The notes below the pieces were generated by a model. That model was given only the letters and a program-made list of their open reading frames with translations, was not told the DNA's origin and ran no database searches. A program made the translations under genes and the position numbers. Shown one piece after another: positions 53,942 to 62,778 of a DNA stretch of 64,000 nt (position 1 is the first letter of the stretch; every line of letters begins with the position of its first letter). The stretch is taken from the sequence record MW373745.1. The stretch is one strand, 5' to 3'.

Positions 53942-54145
53942 ATGATAGAAGCAAGATCAATTTTAGATGTTTTAAGTTTTAGAAAAACTGAAGAAAAGGA
54001 AGAGCTTAGAAAGTGTTTTAATTTTAGTGATGAGGTTTTTGAAAAAGGACTTAATTTTTTACATACAAATGATGAGATAAGCATAGAAGCTGTGAGTGAT
54101 GGACTTTTTGAAAAAACGATTATCAGCATAAAGGTTTCAAAATGA
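53942..54145 (+). CDS. Hypothetical early protein
   Basis: First ORF after promoter copy 2. Confidence 0.55.
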   Translation: MIEARSILDVLSFRKTEEKEELRKCFNFSDEVFEKGLNFLHTNDEISIEAVSDGLFEKTIISIKVSK

Positions 54146-54426
54146 AACAAGCGATAAAGCAAAAATTAGGTGTTAGTAGCATAACAGAAGCAGGGTTAAA
54201 ACTAAATTTAGCTCACAATGTCTTAAATAGTTGGCTTTCAAATAATCTTACAAATGCAAAGGTTGAAATAGCCCTTTTAAAACTGGGTTTAAGAGAGGAT
54301 GAAAGACTAATAAAACGCATAGAAAAGCTAAAAAGCGAGTATAAAAAGAACGAAATCCGTAAGCAAGCCTATGAAAAATATATGAGAGAAATTAAAGTTT
54401 TATTAGAAGAGATAGAGGCGGCTTAA
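54142..54426 (+). CDS. Cro-like/HTH early protein
   Basis: SITEAGLKLNLAHNVLNSWL HTH-like segment. Confidence 0.5.
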   Translation: MKQAIKQKLGVSSITEAGLKLNLAHNVLNSWLSNNLTNAKVEIALLKLGLREDERLIKRIEKLKSEYKKNEIRKQAYEKYMREIKVLLEEIEAA

Positions 54427-54856
54427 AAGCCTCATTAAGCACATTTATCTAAGCACTTTAAAATCGCATTTTTTAAAGTGATAGCAAAAAGTGTGCTTAA
54501 AGGGTTTTTGCAAAAGTTGCGTTAAGTGGATAAACGCCTACAATTGCGAACTTTAAAGGTTTGATATTTTTTAGATTGCTTCACTAGCCTTTTATGGCTA
54601 GTGTGTTCTTATATTCATTGCACTCACAGGCGACGGTGTGGAAAGTGGGCTTTTTTAAAGCTTTGTTAATTTACCAAAATACCAAAAGTCTTTTAGACTT
54701 TGAATGCAGGTCCTATGTTTTGGTTAGTGTTTAAATGAGGACTAATGAGAATTCTTTTAAAGTCCTCAAATTTATTTATTTCTTCTTAAATTAAGCCATC
54801 TTTTAAGATGGCTCTTAAGTCTTCATTTAAACACTAAAAAATTTTAAGGAGAATAA

Positions 54857-55588
54857 ATGAATTTAGAACTTTTTAAAAAAGATGAAAATAAAGAAATAAG
54901 CTTAACTTCTTTGGAAATAGCAGAGCTTACAGGCAAGGAGCATTTTCATGTTATAAGAGATATAGAAACTTACTTAGAAAAAGTGGTTGAAGGGGGTATA
55001 TCCAAATTTGGAGACACCTACCAAAACACACAAAATAAGCAATCTTACAAGTATTATCGCTTACCAAAAAGAGAAGTATTGATTTTAGTGAGTGGGTATA
55101 GCGTAGAACTAAGAGCAAAGATAATCGATAGATTAGAATACTTAGAAAATGAGCTTAAAAAACAAAGTTATAAACCGCTTTCATTAAAAGAAAGTTTGCA
55201 AATGCAATTAGAGCTTTTAGAAAAAAATGAAAAACTTCAAGTAGAAAATCAAAGCCTAAAAAACGAAGCCGAACAAAATGCACCTTTAATTCATTTTGCA
55301 AATCGCATTCAAAACACAAATGATGCTATTTTGATAAGAGATTACGCAAAAATCTTACACGAAAAAAATAATCTTGAAATTGGCGAGAAAAGACTTTTTA
55401 AGATCTTGCGTGAAAAAGGATTTTTAATGAGTGATAATAAACCTTATCAAAAATACATCGAACAAGGACTTTTTAAGGTAAGTGAAACGACTGTTAGCAC
55501 CATTAATGGCGATAGACTTGTAAGCACGACAAAAATAACAGGTAAAGGGCAAATAGCCATTTTAAAAGCGATTTTGAAAGCAAGTTGA
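54857..55588 (+). CDS. Antirepressor (Rha-type N-terminus plus KilAC/ANT C-terminus)
   Basis: LTSLEIAELTGKEHFHVIRDI; IRDYAKIL...GEKRLF..LR...PYQ.Y...G.F...TKITGKGQ. Confidence 0.85.
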   Translation: MNLELFKKDENKEISLTSLEIAELTGKEHFHVIRDIETYLEKVVEGGISKFGDTYQNTQNKQSYKYYRLPKREVLILVSGYSVELRAKIIDRLEYLENELKKQSYKPLSLKESLQMQLELLEKNEKLQVENQSLKNEAEQNAPLIHFANRIQNTNDAILIRDYAKILHEKNNLEIGEKRLFKILREKGFLMSDNKPYQKYIEQGLFKVSETTVSTINGDRLVSTTKITGKGQIAILKAILKAS

Positions 55589-55640
55589 TATAGATTTAAG
55601 CGAATATGGAGACAATGAAACTTTTAAAGATGAAATTCAA

Positions 55641-55928
55641 ATGCCAAGCGATAGAGTTGAAATAGAACTATTTACAGGATTTTACGATAAAAAAGGAAAT
55701 AAGATTTATGAAGGAGATATTTTATATTCTTTTGAAGGTTGTTCTGAAGATGAAGCTTTTAAATATAAAGTTGTTTTTAAAGAAGGAGCTTTCTATTTAG
55801 TTGAATGTGGTGATGATGGTGAAGAATGGGATGAAGATTTACTAAGTGAATTTTGTTTAGAAGAACTAGAAATTGTGGGCAATATCCACGAAAATGCGGA
55901 ATTATTAAATGAAAATAAACCATCTTGA
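55641..55928 (+). CDS. YopX-family protein, C-terminal half
   Basis: TGFYDKKGNKIYEGDIL...EIVGNIHEN.ELL. Confidence 0.75.
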   Translation: MPSDRVEIELFTGFYDKKGNKIYEGDILYSFEGCSEDEAFKYKVVFKEGAFYLVECGDDGEEWDEDLLSEFCLEELEIVGNIHENAELLNENKPS

Positions 55929-55962
55929 TTTATTTAGTGGCATAGGTGGTTTTGCTTTTTGA
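55909..55962 (+). pseudogene. 5' remnant of a C5-cytosine methyltransferase (MKINHLDLFSGIGGFAF*)
   Basis: Motif I DLFSGIGG followed almost at once by TGA. Confidence 0.7.
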
Positions 55963-55984
55963 ACTAATAAAATAAGGTTTAAAT

Positions 55985-56248
55985 ATGGATAAGAATTTAA
56001 AAAAAATTACAGAATTAAAAATAAAATGTAAAAATTGCGATACAAAAATCATTACAAAAATAGGTAATGTTATTAAAACTTGTCCGCAATGTGGAATAAA
56101 GTTTATAGATGAAAATTTAGGATATAATCTCTTTGAAATTTTAACTGAATTGTTCAAAAGTGTTAGCAAAAATAAAAATGCAGAATTTTATTTTGTTTGT
56201 AAAAAGGAATGTGATGGAACAAGAAATCGCCAAGATAAAAAAGTTTAA
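55985..56248 (+). CDS. Zinc-ribbon protein, paralogue 1
   Basis: CKNC...CPQC. Confidence 0.7.
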   Translation: MDKNLKKITELKIKCKNCDTKIITKIGNVIKTCPQCGIKFIDENLGYNLFEILTELFKSVSKNKNAEFYFVCKKECDGTRNRQDKKV

Positions 56249-56444
56249 ACTAGAGTGCAAAAATTGTGAAACGCAAATCATTATAGATACTCACAATAGT
56301 ATTAAAAATTGTCCTGTGTGTGGATTGAAATTTTATGACAATTTAGAAAGTCCTTTTGAAAATTTACACGAACAAATTCTTTTAATCAATAAAAATAAGA
56401 ATGTAAAAGTTTATTTTGTTTGTGAGGAAAAAGAAAAGAGGTAA
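56214..56444 (+). CDS. Zinc-ribbon protein, paralogue 2
   Basis: CKNC...CPVC; aligns end to end with paralogue 1. Confidence 0.7.
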   Translation: MEQEIAKIKKFKLECKNCETQIIIDTHNSIKNCPVCGLKFYDNLESPFENLHEQILLINKNKNVKVYFVCEEKEKR

Positions 56445-56581
56445 TATAATGCAAAGCAATAAGACTTTAGGCGAAAAGCTAAAAGATAGCATAGATTTAG
56501 CTGATAAAGAAGCTATAAAGCAAAGCGTAGGTTTTGTTTTTTCTTTGGCTAATAAGATTTTTTAATTTAAAAGGAGAATTA

Positions 56582-57349
56582 ATGACAGAAGAGAAAGAAA
56601 ATATTGTTAATTTTAAAATAAAAATTATCCATGAAGAAAACATAGAACTTGGGATAATGGCTAATTCTTTGTTAAGTTTTCAAAAATTAATGGATAGTTT
56701 TATATCAAAAGAGCACGGTATAACACAAAGTAAAATTTTTTTAGAAAAAGTTGAAACTGGTAGTGATATATATTCTTTGGTTTTTGAAATAGCAGGAGAA
56801 GTTTTGCCTATTATTGCACCTATTCAAGCATTAAATGAATTTATAGAACTTATCATATCTTTTAAAAATATCAAATCAAAAAGTATAGAAGAAATAGAAG
56901 AAAATCCGCATTTTACTAAGTATAATGCCAATAATTTAAAAAATATATTTGCACCCGTTACTATAAATCAAAATACTTTTTTTATCAATCATAAAGGTGA
57001 AGAACTTTTGAGAATAAATAGTGATGAAGCTGAGCTTATTTATGAAAATGCTAATTACATTTGCGAAAAAAAGGAAATTGAATATCAAAAGATACATGAA
57101 AATGCTTTGATAACGATGTATAAAACTACAAATAAAATAGACAATAAAACAAAACATAAGGCAAAGTGCGATGCTTTAAGTCCTTATGCGGTTGATGTTA
57201 GTTTTAGTGATGAGAAAATAGCCGAAGAAGTTTTGAAAAATCCTTATGGATTTAATTTTTTAGTAGATTTAGAGTATTATAAAAACGATAAAAATAAAAT
57301 CATTTTATATAGAATTTTTAACATAAAAGATAAAATATCTTTAGAATAA
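56582..57349 (+). CDS. Hypothetical protein (accessory)
   Basis: SD AAGGAG before ATG at 56582. Confidence 0.6.
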   Translation: MTEEKENIVNFKIKIIHEENIELGIMANSLLSFQKLMDSFISKEHGITQSKIFLEKVETGSDIYSLVFEIAGEVLPIIAPIQALNEFIELIISFKNIKSKSIEEIEENPHFTKYNANNLKNIFAPVTINQNTFFINHKGEELLRINSDEAELIYENANYICEKKEIEYQKIHENALITMYKTTNKIDNKTKHKAKCDALSPYAVDVSFSDEKIAEEVLKNPYGFNFLVDLEYYKNDKNKIILYRIFNIKDKISLE

Positions 57350-57362
57350 AAGAAAGGGAAAA

Positions 57363-57599
57363 ATGACAAGTGAAGAATTAAAACAATTTTGTAAAGAGCA
57401 AGGCTTAACTTATAAAGAGTTAGCCGAGTTAATAGGTTTTGGTGAAGGTGCAGTAAAAAATGCCATTTCTACTGAAAAAATAAGTTTTCAAATGGCACAC
57501 GCTATTAATATGCTTAAAAAAATTTTTGAACTAGAAGCAAAATTAGAAAAAGCAGAAGCTATCAAAAAAGACTTTAAAGCGTGGATTAACGAAAATTAA
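57363..57599 (+). CDS. Xre-like HTH regulator
   Basis: LTYKELAELIGFGEGAVKN. Confidence 0.75.
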   Translation: MTSEELKQFCKEQGLTYKELAELIGFGEGAVKNAISTEKISFQMAHAINMLKKIFELEAKLEKAEAIKKDFKAWINEN

Positions 57600-57605
57600 T
57601 CCACA

Positions 57606-57720
57606 AAGTAAATTTAAATTACTTCTTTATCTACAAAAAATAAAAATAAATTATTATAACCTTGACAATTAGTAATTATTATGTTATAATTGTGTTATCA
57701 AAAGTAAAGATAAATTACTT
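57606..57720 (+). promoter_or_regulatory. Consensus sigma70 promoter flanked by two AAGTAA-N7-TTACTT operators
   Basis: TTGACA (57662)-17-TATAAT (57685); palindromes at 57606-57624 and 57702-57720. Confidence 0.75.
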
Positions 57721-57745
57721 TTGAAATAAAAGAAAGGAGTAAAAG

Positions 57746-57826
57746 ATGAACGCTAGTGATGTGCTCGAGTTAATCACTGCTTTAATCTGCTTGATAACAG
57801 CCATTATCAACGCAAGAAAGCATTAA
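57746..57826 (+). CDS. 26-aa hydrophobic peptide MNASDVLELITALICLITAIINARKH, putative type I toxin (not in the ORF track)
   Basis: SD AAAGGAG; GAAA-tetraloop hairpin at 57831-57846; convergent TGATATAAT at 57866-57874. Confidence 0.65.
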   Translation: MNASDVLELITALICLITAIINARKH

Positions 57827-57889
57827 GGCAAAGGGCGAAAGCCCTTATCATCTTTTACCTTTTCTATTATATCAAAAAAGGAGTTAAAA

Positions 57890-57994
57890 ATGATTTTAGA
57901 AATTATAGTTTTAGTATTAGCGACTTTATTATGTGTTTTATCGGCAAAAGTTTATAGGCTTGAAAAAGAACTTAAGGAGCTTAAAAATGAGTAA
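57890..57994 (+). CDS. 34-aa TM peptide MILEIIVLVLATLLCVLSAKVYRLEKELKELKNE
   Basis: SD AAGGAG; overlaps the next ORF's start. Confidence 0.55.
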   Translation: MILEIIVLVLATLLCVLSAKVYRLEKELKELKNE

Positions 57995-58307
57995 CAAACC
58001 ATACCTAGAAAACGAAATAAAAGCTTTAAAATATCAGCTTTTAATCGAAAAACAAAAGCACAAAAAGACTAAAGAAAAGGTTTTTAAGCTTAAAAATATA
58101 CAAGGGGAAAAATACGAGAAACTAAAAGCAGAATTTGCCAAAAATCAGCTTTTTGTTTTTAGAGATGATGAGCTTTTTCTTTGGGTGGAAAGTTTAATGC
58201 GAGAACTTAAAACTAAAATTTTATGCACTAATGATGAGCTAAGTAAAAAAGCTTGTGATATATTAGTATTTAAATTAGAAAAACGAAGAAAAAATTTCAA
58301 CTATTAA
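57987..58307 (+). CDS. Hypothetical coiled-coil protein
   Basis: ATG at 57987 after AAGGAG. Confidence 0.55.
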   Translation: MSNKPYLENEIKALKYQLLIEKQKHKKTKEKVFKLKNIQGEKYEKLKAEFAKNQLFVFRDDELFLWVESLMRELKTKILCTNDELSKKACDILVFKLEKRRKNFNY

Positions 58308-58385
58308 ATAAATCACCAGTTTAACAGTGTTTAGGACATTTTAATAAACCCTAAACACTCATTTAATGTCTAAAAAAGGAAAAAA

Positions 58386-58700
58386 ATGAGTTTTAAACCC
58401 ATACAAAAAGATAATGATGCATTTAAAAAAGCACAAAGAGCAAAGGTAATAGAAAGTTTAGCAATGCGTGGCTATGCACTTGTAAAGATAAGTAGCAATG
58501 GCTTTTTAATGAAAAAAGGTTTTGAAAAGGATATTTTATGCAAACAAATCATAGCACAGGATACGACAGCTTCCGTTTCGTTATCAACAAAAAAACCTTT
58601 TACAAATACCTTAAAAGATGGGGGCTTTTTGAAAAAATGCGAAGCACAACAAGAAATAAAAGCATTGATGAATTTGCAAAAGACAAATTCAAAGGCATAA
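58386..58700 (+). CDS. Hypothetical protein overlapping the Rep-like gene
   Basis: SD AAGGA; 163-bp overlap with the next ORF. Confidence 0.45.
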   Translation: MSFKPIQKDNDAFKKAQRAKVIESLAMRGYALVKISSNGFLMKKGFEKDILCKQIIAQDTTASVSLSTKKPFTNTLKDGGFLKKCEAQQEIKALMNLQKTNSKA

Positions 58701-59398
58701 AAACCAATGATAAATTTTATCCTTTTAAAATGCGTTATATCAATATAAAACCTAGAAATAAAAGCCTTTCAAATACTATCATTATATTAGATAATTCTAA
58801 GGCTTGCTTTGAGCTTTCTAAAAAGAATAAAAAAGCAAAAGATTACTACATAGAGGTGCAATTTAATGGGCTTTATCAGCCTAGTAAACAAATAGAAGCT
58901 GAAGTGTGGAAAATTTTAAGCAAAATGATAAAAAGGTTTAAAGCTTATAGTGTGGATATTGCTTGTGATTTTGATGATGATCTAGCAGTATCTAAACCAA
59001 GAGAATTTAAACACCAAGAAAGGTTTAGCAAACTTAAAATCTTTGGCGATTTTCATACTTATAAAACAAGTATGTATATCAACAATCCTCAAAGTAAATA
59101 CTATAAATTAGAACGCATTTTACTTTATGATAAATACGAAAAACAAAAGCACTATCACAAAGAAAACATTAAAAGGGAATTTGTGCGATGGAAAAGATTA
59201 GAGCTTACATTGAAGATAAAGGATAAGTTCTTAGATAGAATAGAAAATGATATCAATGATGCATTGGATCTTATGCAAGATTATTTAAGAATGATAGGAA
59301 TTTGGCATTTTAATATGAGAGTGATACTTGAGCAAACAAAGTATTTAAACAATCCACGTTGGGCTAAGACATTTAAGCCTTACGCTTTGGCAAGTTAG
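58538..59398 (+). CDS. Putative Rep_trans-like replication initiator
   Basis: SVDIACD, LLYDKYEKQ and WKRLELTL resemble the Rep_trans motifs. Confidence 0.55.
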   Translation: MQTNHSTGYDSFRFVINKKTFYKYLKRWGLFEKMRSTTRNKSIDEFAKDKFKGIKTNDKFYPFKMRYINIKPRNKSLSNTIIILDNSKACFELSKKNKKAKDYYIEVQFNGLYQPSKQIEAEVWKILSKMIKRFKAYSVDIACDFDDDLAVSKPREFKHQERFSKLKIFGDFHTYKTSMYINNPQSKYYKLERILLYDKYEKQKHYHKENIKREFVRWKRLELTLKIKDKFLDRIENDINDALDLMQDYLRMIGIWHFNMRVILEQTKYLNNPRWAKTFKPYALAS

Positions 59399-59406
59399 GA
59401 GAGAAT

Positions 59407-59631
59407 ATGAAAGTAAATTTTATTTTTAAAGGGACAATAAAATGTTCAAAATGCAACTTAGAATTTGTGCCAAATTCTAAATTTTTTAAAGGTCTTGATG
59501 AAATTATAGGCGATGTAAAAAGCGTGAGTTTAGATGGCTTTTGCCCTGAATGTGATAATAAATTAAAAGCTACTTTTGAAGTAGAAAAGATCACAAGGGA
59601 GCTTAGCAAAACTTATACAATGAGGTGTTAA
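59407..59631 (+). CDS. Zinc-ribbon protein
   Basis: CSKC...CPEC. Confidence 0.65.
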   Translation: MKVNFIFKGTIKCSKCNLEFVPNSKFFKGLDEIIGDVKSVSLDGFCPECDNKLKATFEVEKITRELSKTYTMRC

Positions 59632-60003
59632 ATGAATATTACAAGAGAATTAGAAGCTTATGATTTAGCAAAACTTGTTTTAAATAATGATCTTAAATAC
59701 TTTTTTAAAGATGCAAAGATTGTAGGGGAAAATAAAGAAAGAAGACTTTGTTTTTATTTTTCAGATTCTTTTGTTTTAGCTTTATTTGAAAAAGAAAAAG
59801 AAAACATTTTACAAAGACTAAGAGAAGAATACAAAAAGAAATTAGAGTTTTACAAACGAATTGATTTGGTGTTTTATTCTATTGCAGCAAAAGGAATAAA
59901 TGAGCTAAAAGCAAGAAGTAAAGAAGAACAAGAAGTTTTAGAACGCGGACTTTTAAAACTTGAAAATATAATTAAAAGGATAAAAAATGAAAAAAAATAC
60001 TAA
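59632..60003 (+). CDS. Hypothetical protein
   Basis: Operon context. Confidence 0.55.
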   Translation: MNITRELEAYDLAKLVLNNDLKYFFKDAKIVGENKERRLCFYFSDSFVLALFEKEKENILQRLREEYKKKLEFYKRIDLVFYSIAAKGINELKARSKEEQEVLERGLLKLENIIKRIKNEKKY

Positions 60004-60253
60004 TCAGCAATTAGAGCAGTTAAAGGAATTAAATCAAGGTGAGTTAAACCAAGAGATAGAAGTTTTAACCAAAAGAGCTTTAGCAATTCATAGATCTATA
60101 CAAAGAGTTAAAGATGAAAGAAGCATATTAAATCAGAATATCAAAGACTATCAGAGCGAATTTAATGAAATAATGGAAAAAATAGCCTTTTTAAAAGAGC
60201 CTAATTTATTTAATCAAAAAGGAAGTGATGATGTTTCACCCACAGCTTTATAA
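59987..60253 (+). CDS. Hypothetical coiled-coil protein
   Basis: Operon context. Confidence 0.5.
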   Translation: MKKNTNQQLEQLKELNQGELNQEIEVLTKRALAIHRSIQRVKDERSILNQNIKDYQSEFNEIMEKIAFLKEPNLFNQKGSDDVSPTAL

Positions 60254-60986
60254 CGACCACTTTCAAAATTTTAAAAGATATAATATACCAAAAGCACAGC
60301 TTGTAATAGCTGATATTCCTTATAATTTAGGCAACAATGCTTATGCTTCATCTCCTGAATGGTATATAAATGGGGATAATAAAAATGGAGAAAGCAAAAA
60401 AGCAAACAAGGCGTTTTTTGATACAGATAATGATTTTAGAGTTAGCGAATTTATGCACTTTTGCTCAAAAATGCTTATAAAAGAACCTAAAGAATGCGGT
60501 AAAAGTCCTTGCATGATTGTTTTTTGCTCTTTTGAACAACAAACAATGTTAATTGAAGTAGCTAAAAAATATGGCTTTAATCATTATATAAATTTGGTTT
60601 TTAGAAAACAAAGCTCATCTCAAGTTTTAAAAGCAAATATGAAAATAGTTGGAAATTGTGAATATGCTTTAATCTTATATCGTGAAAAACTTCCAAAATT
60701 TAACAATGATGGAAAGATGATTTATAACTGCATGGATTGGCAAAAAGATGAAGGTATTCCTAAAGTACATCCCACACAAAAGCCTGTTAAATTACTAGAA
60801 AGATTAATCACTATTTTTACAGATGCAGGTGATGTTGTTATAGATCCATGTGCTGGAAGTGGTAGCACTCTTTTAGCAGCTACAAATTTAAACCGCAAAG
60901 CTTATGGCTTTGAGATTAAAAAAGACTTTTTTAAAAGTGCTAATGAAATTATGTTTAAACACATAGAAAGAAGCTTATTTGCTTAA
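60225..60986 (+). CDS. Orphan N6-A/N4-C DNA methyltransferase (beta class)
   Basis: ADIPY (motif IV) before HPTQKP and DPCAGSGSTL (motif I). Confidence 0.9.
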   Translation: MMMFHPQLYNDHFQNFKRYNIPKAQLVIADIPYNLGNNAYASSPEWYINGDNKNGESKKANKAFFDTDNDFRVSEFMHFCSKMLIKEPKECGKSPCMIVFCSFEQQTMLIEVAKKYGFNHYINLVFRKQSSSQVLKANMKIVGNCEYALILYREKLPKFNNDGKMIYNCMDWQKDEGIPKVHPTQKPVKLLERLITIFTDAGDVVIDPCAGSGSTLLAATNLNRKAYGFEIKKDFFKSANEIMFKHIERSLFA

Positions 60987-61003
60987 GTTAGAAAGGATAA
61001 AAA

Positions 61004-61357
61004 ATGAAAGAATTCAAAGAATACATAAAAGCTAAAATAGCATTAGAAAAAGAGCTAGAAAATACGCAAGAAATGTTAAAGCAAACGATAAAAGAAATGT
61101 TGCTTTTAAGAAACGACAATGCTTTTAATCAAAATGCAAACGATGAGATGTTAAAAGCTATTAATAAAAATTGGAAAATAACAGCTTCGCTTGAGAGTTT
61201 AAGTGATACATTAGAAATTAAAGTGCTAGAACAAAGCACGAGCTATAATCGCTTTTGTTTTGGTGATGTTTTGATTTTAATCAGCAATTTTTTAAGCTAT
61301 GAAGAGCAAAAAGCAATTATTGCAAAATTAGGCTTTGATTTAGAGAAAGGAGTATGA
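61004..61357 (+). CDS. Hypothetical protein
   Basis: SD AAGGA. Confidence 0.55.
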   Translation: MKEFKEYIKAKIALEKELENTQEMLKQTIKEMLLLRNDNAFNQNANDEMLKAINKNWKITASLESLSDTLEIKVLEQSTSYNRFCFGDVLILISNFLSYEEQKAIIAKLGFDLEKGV

Positions 61358-61358
61358 A

Positions 61359-61565
61359 ATGGCAAAATTTGGTAAGATAGAAAAATTATTATCAACAAAA
61401 GAAGTAGCGGAGTATCTGGGATTTACTCCGCTAAAAATTCGCAAAATGAGAATGCGAGTAAATCAAAATAAATTTAATTTTCCTAAAGGGATTAAAATAG
61501 GTTCTACTTTTAAATATGAAAAAGCCGAAATTGATAAATGGTTGCAAACTTGCAAGGTGATTTAA
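61359..61565 (+). CDS. Excisionase/AlpA-like HTH protein
   Basis: LLSTKEVAEYLG...FP..IKIG....Y...EIDKWL; convergent with int. Confidence 0.75.
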   Translation: MAKFGKIEKLLSTKEVAEYLGFTPLKIRKMRMRVNQNKFNFPKGIKIGSTFKYEKAEIDKWLQTCKVI

Positions 61566-62737
61566 AAATCCCCTGCAAGTTTTTCGATATAATCTCCCCA
61601 CCACTGCATTAACTTTCTTTTTAATTCTATATTTTCACTACGATTATAAGCTTTTAAAATGGCGTTTTTTTGCTCGTGTGCTAAACACTGCTCGGCTATA
61701 TCCATACTCACACCATGATCTAATTGATGTTCGTTGGCTAAACTTCTAAACATAGCACGAAAGCCATGTGCACTTTGAATACCTTTATATCCTAGTCGTT
61801 TATTGATATTACAGGTGATATTCTCGCTATTACACCCATTTTTTGAACTTCCAGCAAATATATAATCATTGACTTTCATTTTCTTTTGTTCTTTTAAAAT
61901 TTTAAGCGCTTGAGAATTTAAAGTGATAATATGTTCTTTTCTCATTTTCATTTTTTCAGCTTTAATAGTCCATATAGCATTTTTTAAATCAATTTCATCC
62001 CAAGTTGCTTTTATAACATTACCGGGGCGTTGTGCAGTCAAAAGATTAAAAAGCATTAGATTTTTATGTGTTTTTTTAAGATCTGAATTTTTTAAGGCTA
62101 ATATATATTCTTTAATTTTATCGTTTTCTAGTAGAGTTGGCTGATGAATTACTTTTGAAGCTTTTTTAAAAACTATGGAATTATCAATACTTGTCACAGG
62201 GTTATTTTCTACGATTTCAAGTTGCAAAGCATATTTAAAGATTTTGTTAATCCAGCCTTTAGCTTTTATAAGTGTAGGGATTTGATGCTCTATGGTTTTA
62301 AGTGTTTCGATGACATGTGAACGCTTGATGCTTTCTATATCTACATCTTTGAAATTCTTAAAAACGCCATTTTTGTATTTTAATCCTCTTTGTATTTCTT
62401 TTAGACTTAATCCATCAGCCTTACATTTTTCTAAAACTTCATCATATATATCGCCAAATTTAAGTCTTTTAGCGTTTTTTATGTTTTGTCCTTTTGCTTT
62501 TAGCTTAAAAGCATTTAAAGCGATTTCTCTAAGCTCTGCTAAGGAAAGTAACGGATACTCTCCTATTTTTATATAAGTATCATTTGCTTGTCTTATTTTA
62601 AATAATTTTTTACCACTAGGATAAATAAAAACATATAAGCCTTTTAAACTCGGATCAGCAAATTTTATAAATTTTTTATCACTTTCGCATTTAATGCTTT
62701 TTAAAAAACTATCGGTAAGTTTGTTAATTTTTGCCAT
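61562..62737 (-). CDS. int: Tyrosine integrase (P4-like, with arm-binding domain)
   Basis: QRPGN (R), KMK, SAHGFR (HxxR), LAH, AYNR. Confidence 0.95.
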   Translation of the reverse strand: MAKINKLTDSFLKSIKCESDKKFIKFADPSLKGLYVFIYPSGKKLFKIRQANDTYIKIGEYPLLSLAELREIALNAFKLKAKGQNIKNAKRLKFGDIYDEVLEKCKADGLSLKEIQRGLKYKNGVFKNFKDVDIESIKRSHVIETLKTIEHQIPTLIKAKGWINKIFKYALQLEIVENNPVTSIDNSIVFKKASKVIHQPTLLENDKIKEYILALKNSDLKKTHKNLMLFNLLTAQRPGNVIKATWDEIDLKNAIWTIKAEKMKMRKEHIITLNSQALKILKEQKKMKVNDYIFAGSSKNGCNSENITCNINKRLGYKGIQSAHGFRAMFRSLANEHQLDHGVSMDIAEQCLAHEQKNAILKAYNRSENIELKRKLMQWWGDYIEKLAGDF

Positions 62738-62778
62738 TAATTTTTCTCTCTTTTTTAGTGTCTATTTTGGTGTAAAAA

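Noticed and set aside
58386-58700. Programmed frameshift fusing this ORF with the Rep-like ORF
   Set aside because: The Rep-like ORF has its own SD and ATG at 58538, and I found no convincing in-frame slippery site with a stimulator
1270-62576. Numerous short opposite-strand ORFs in the track (e.g. 9427-9723, 23767-24237, 36948-37166, 61923-62144)
   Set aside because: They lie wholly inside well-supported genes and have no recognisable motifs
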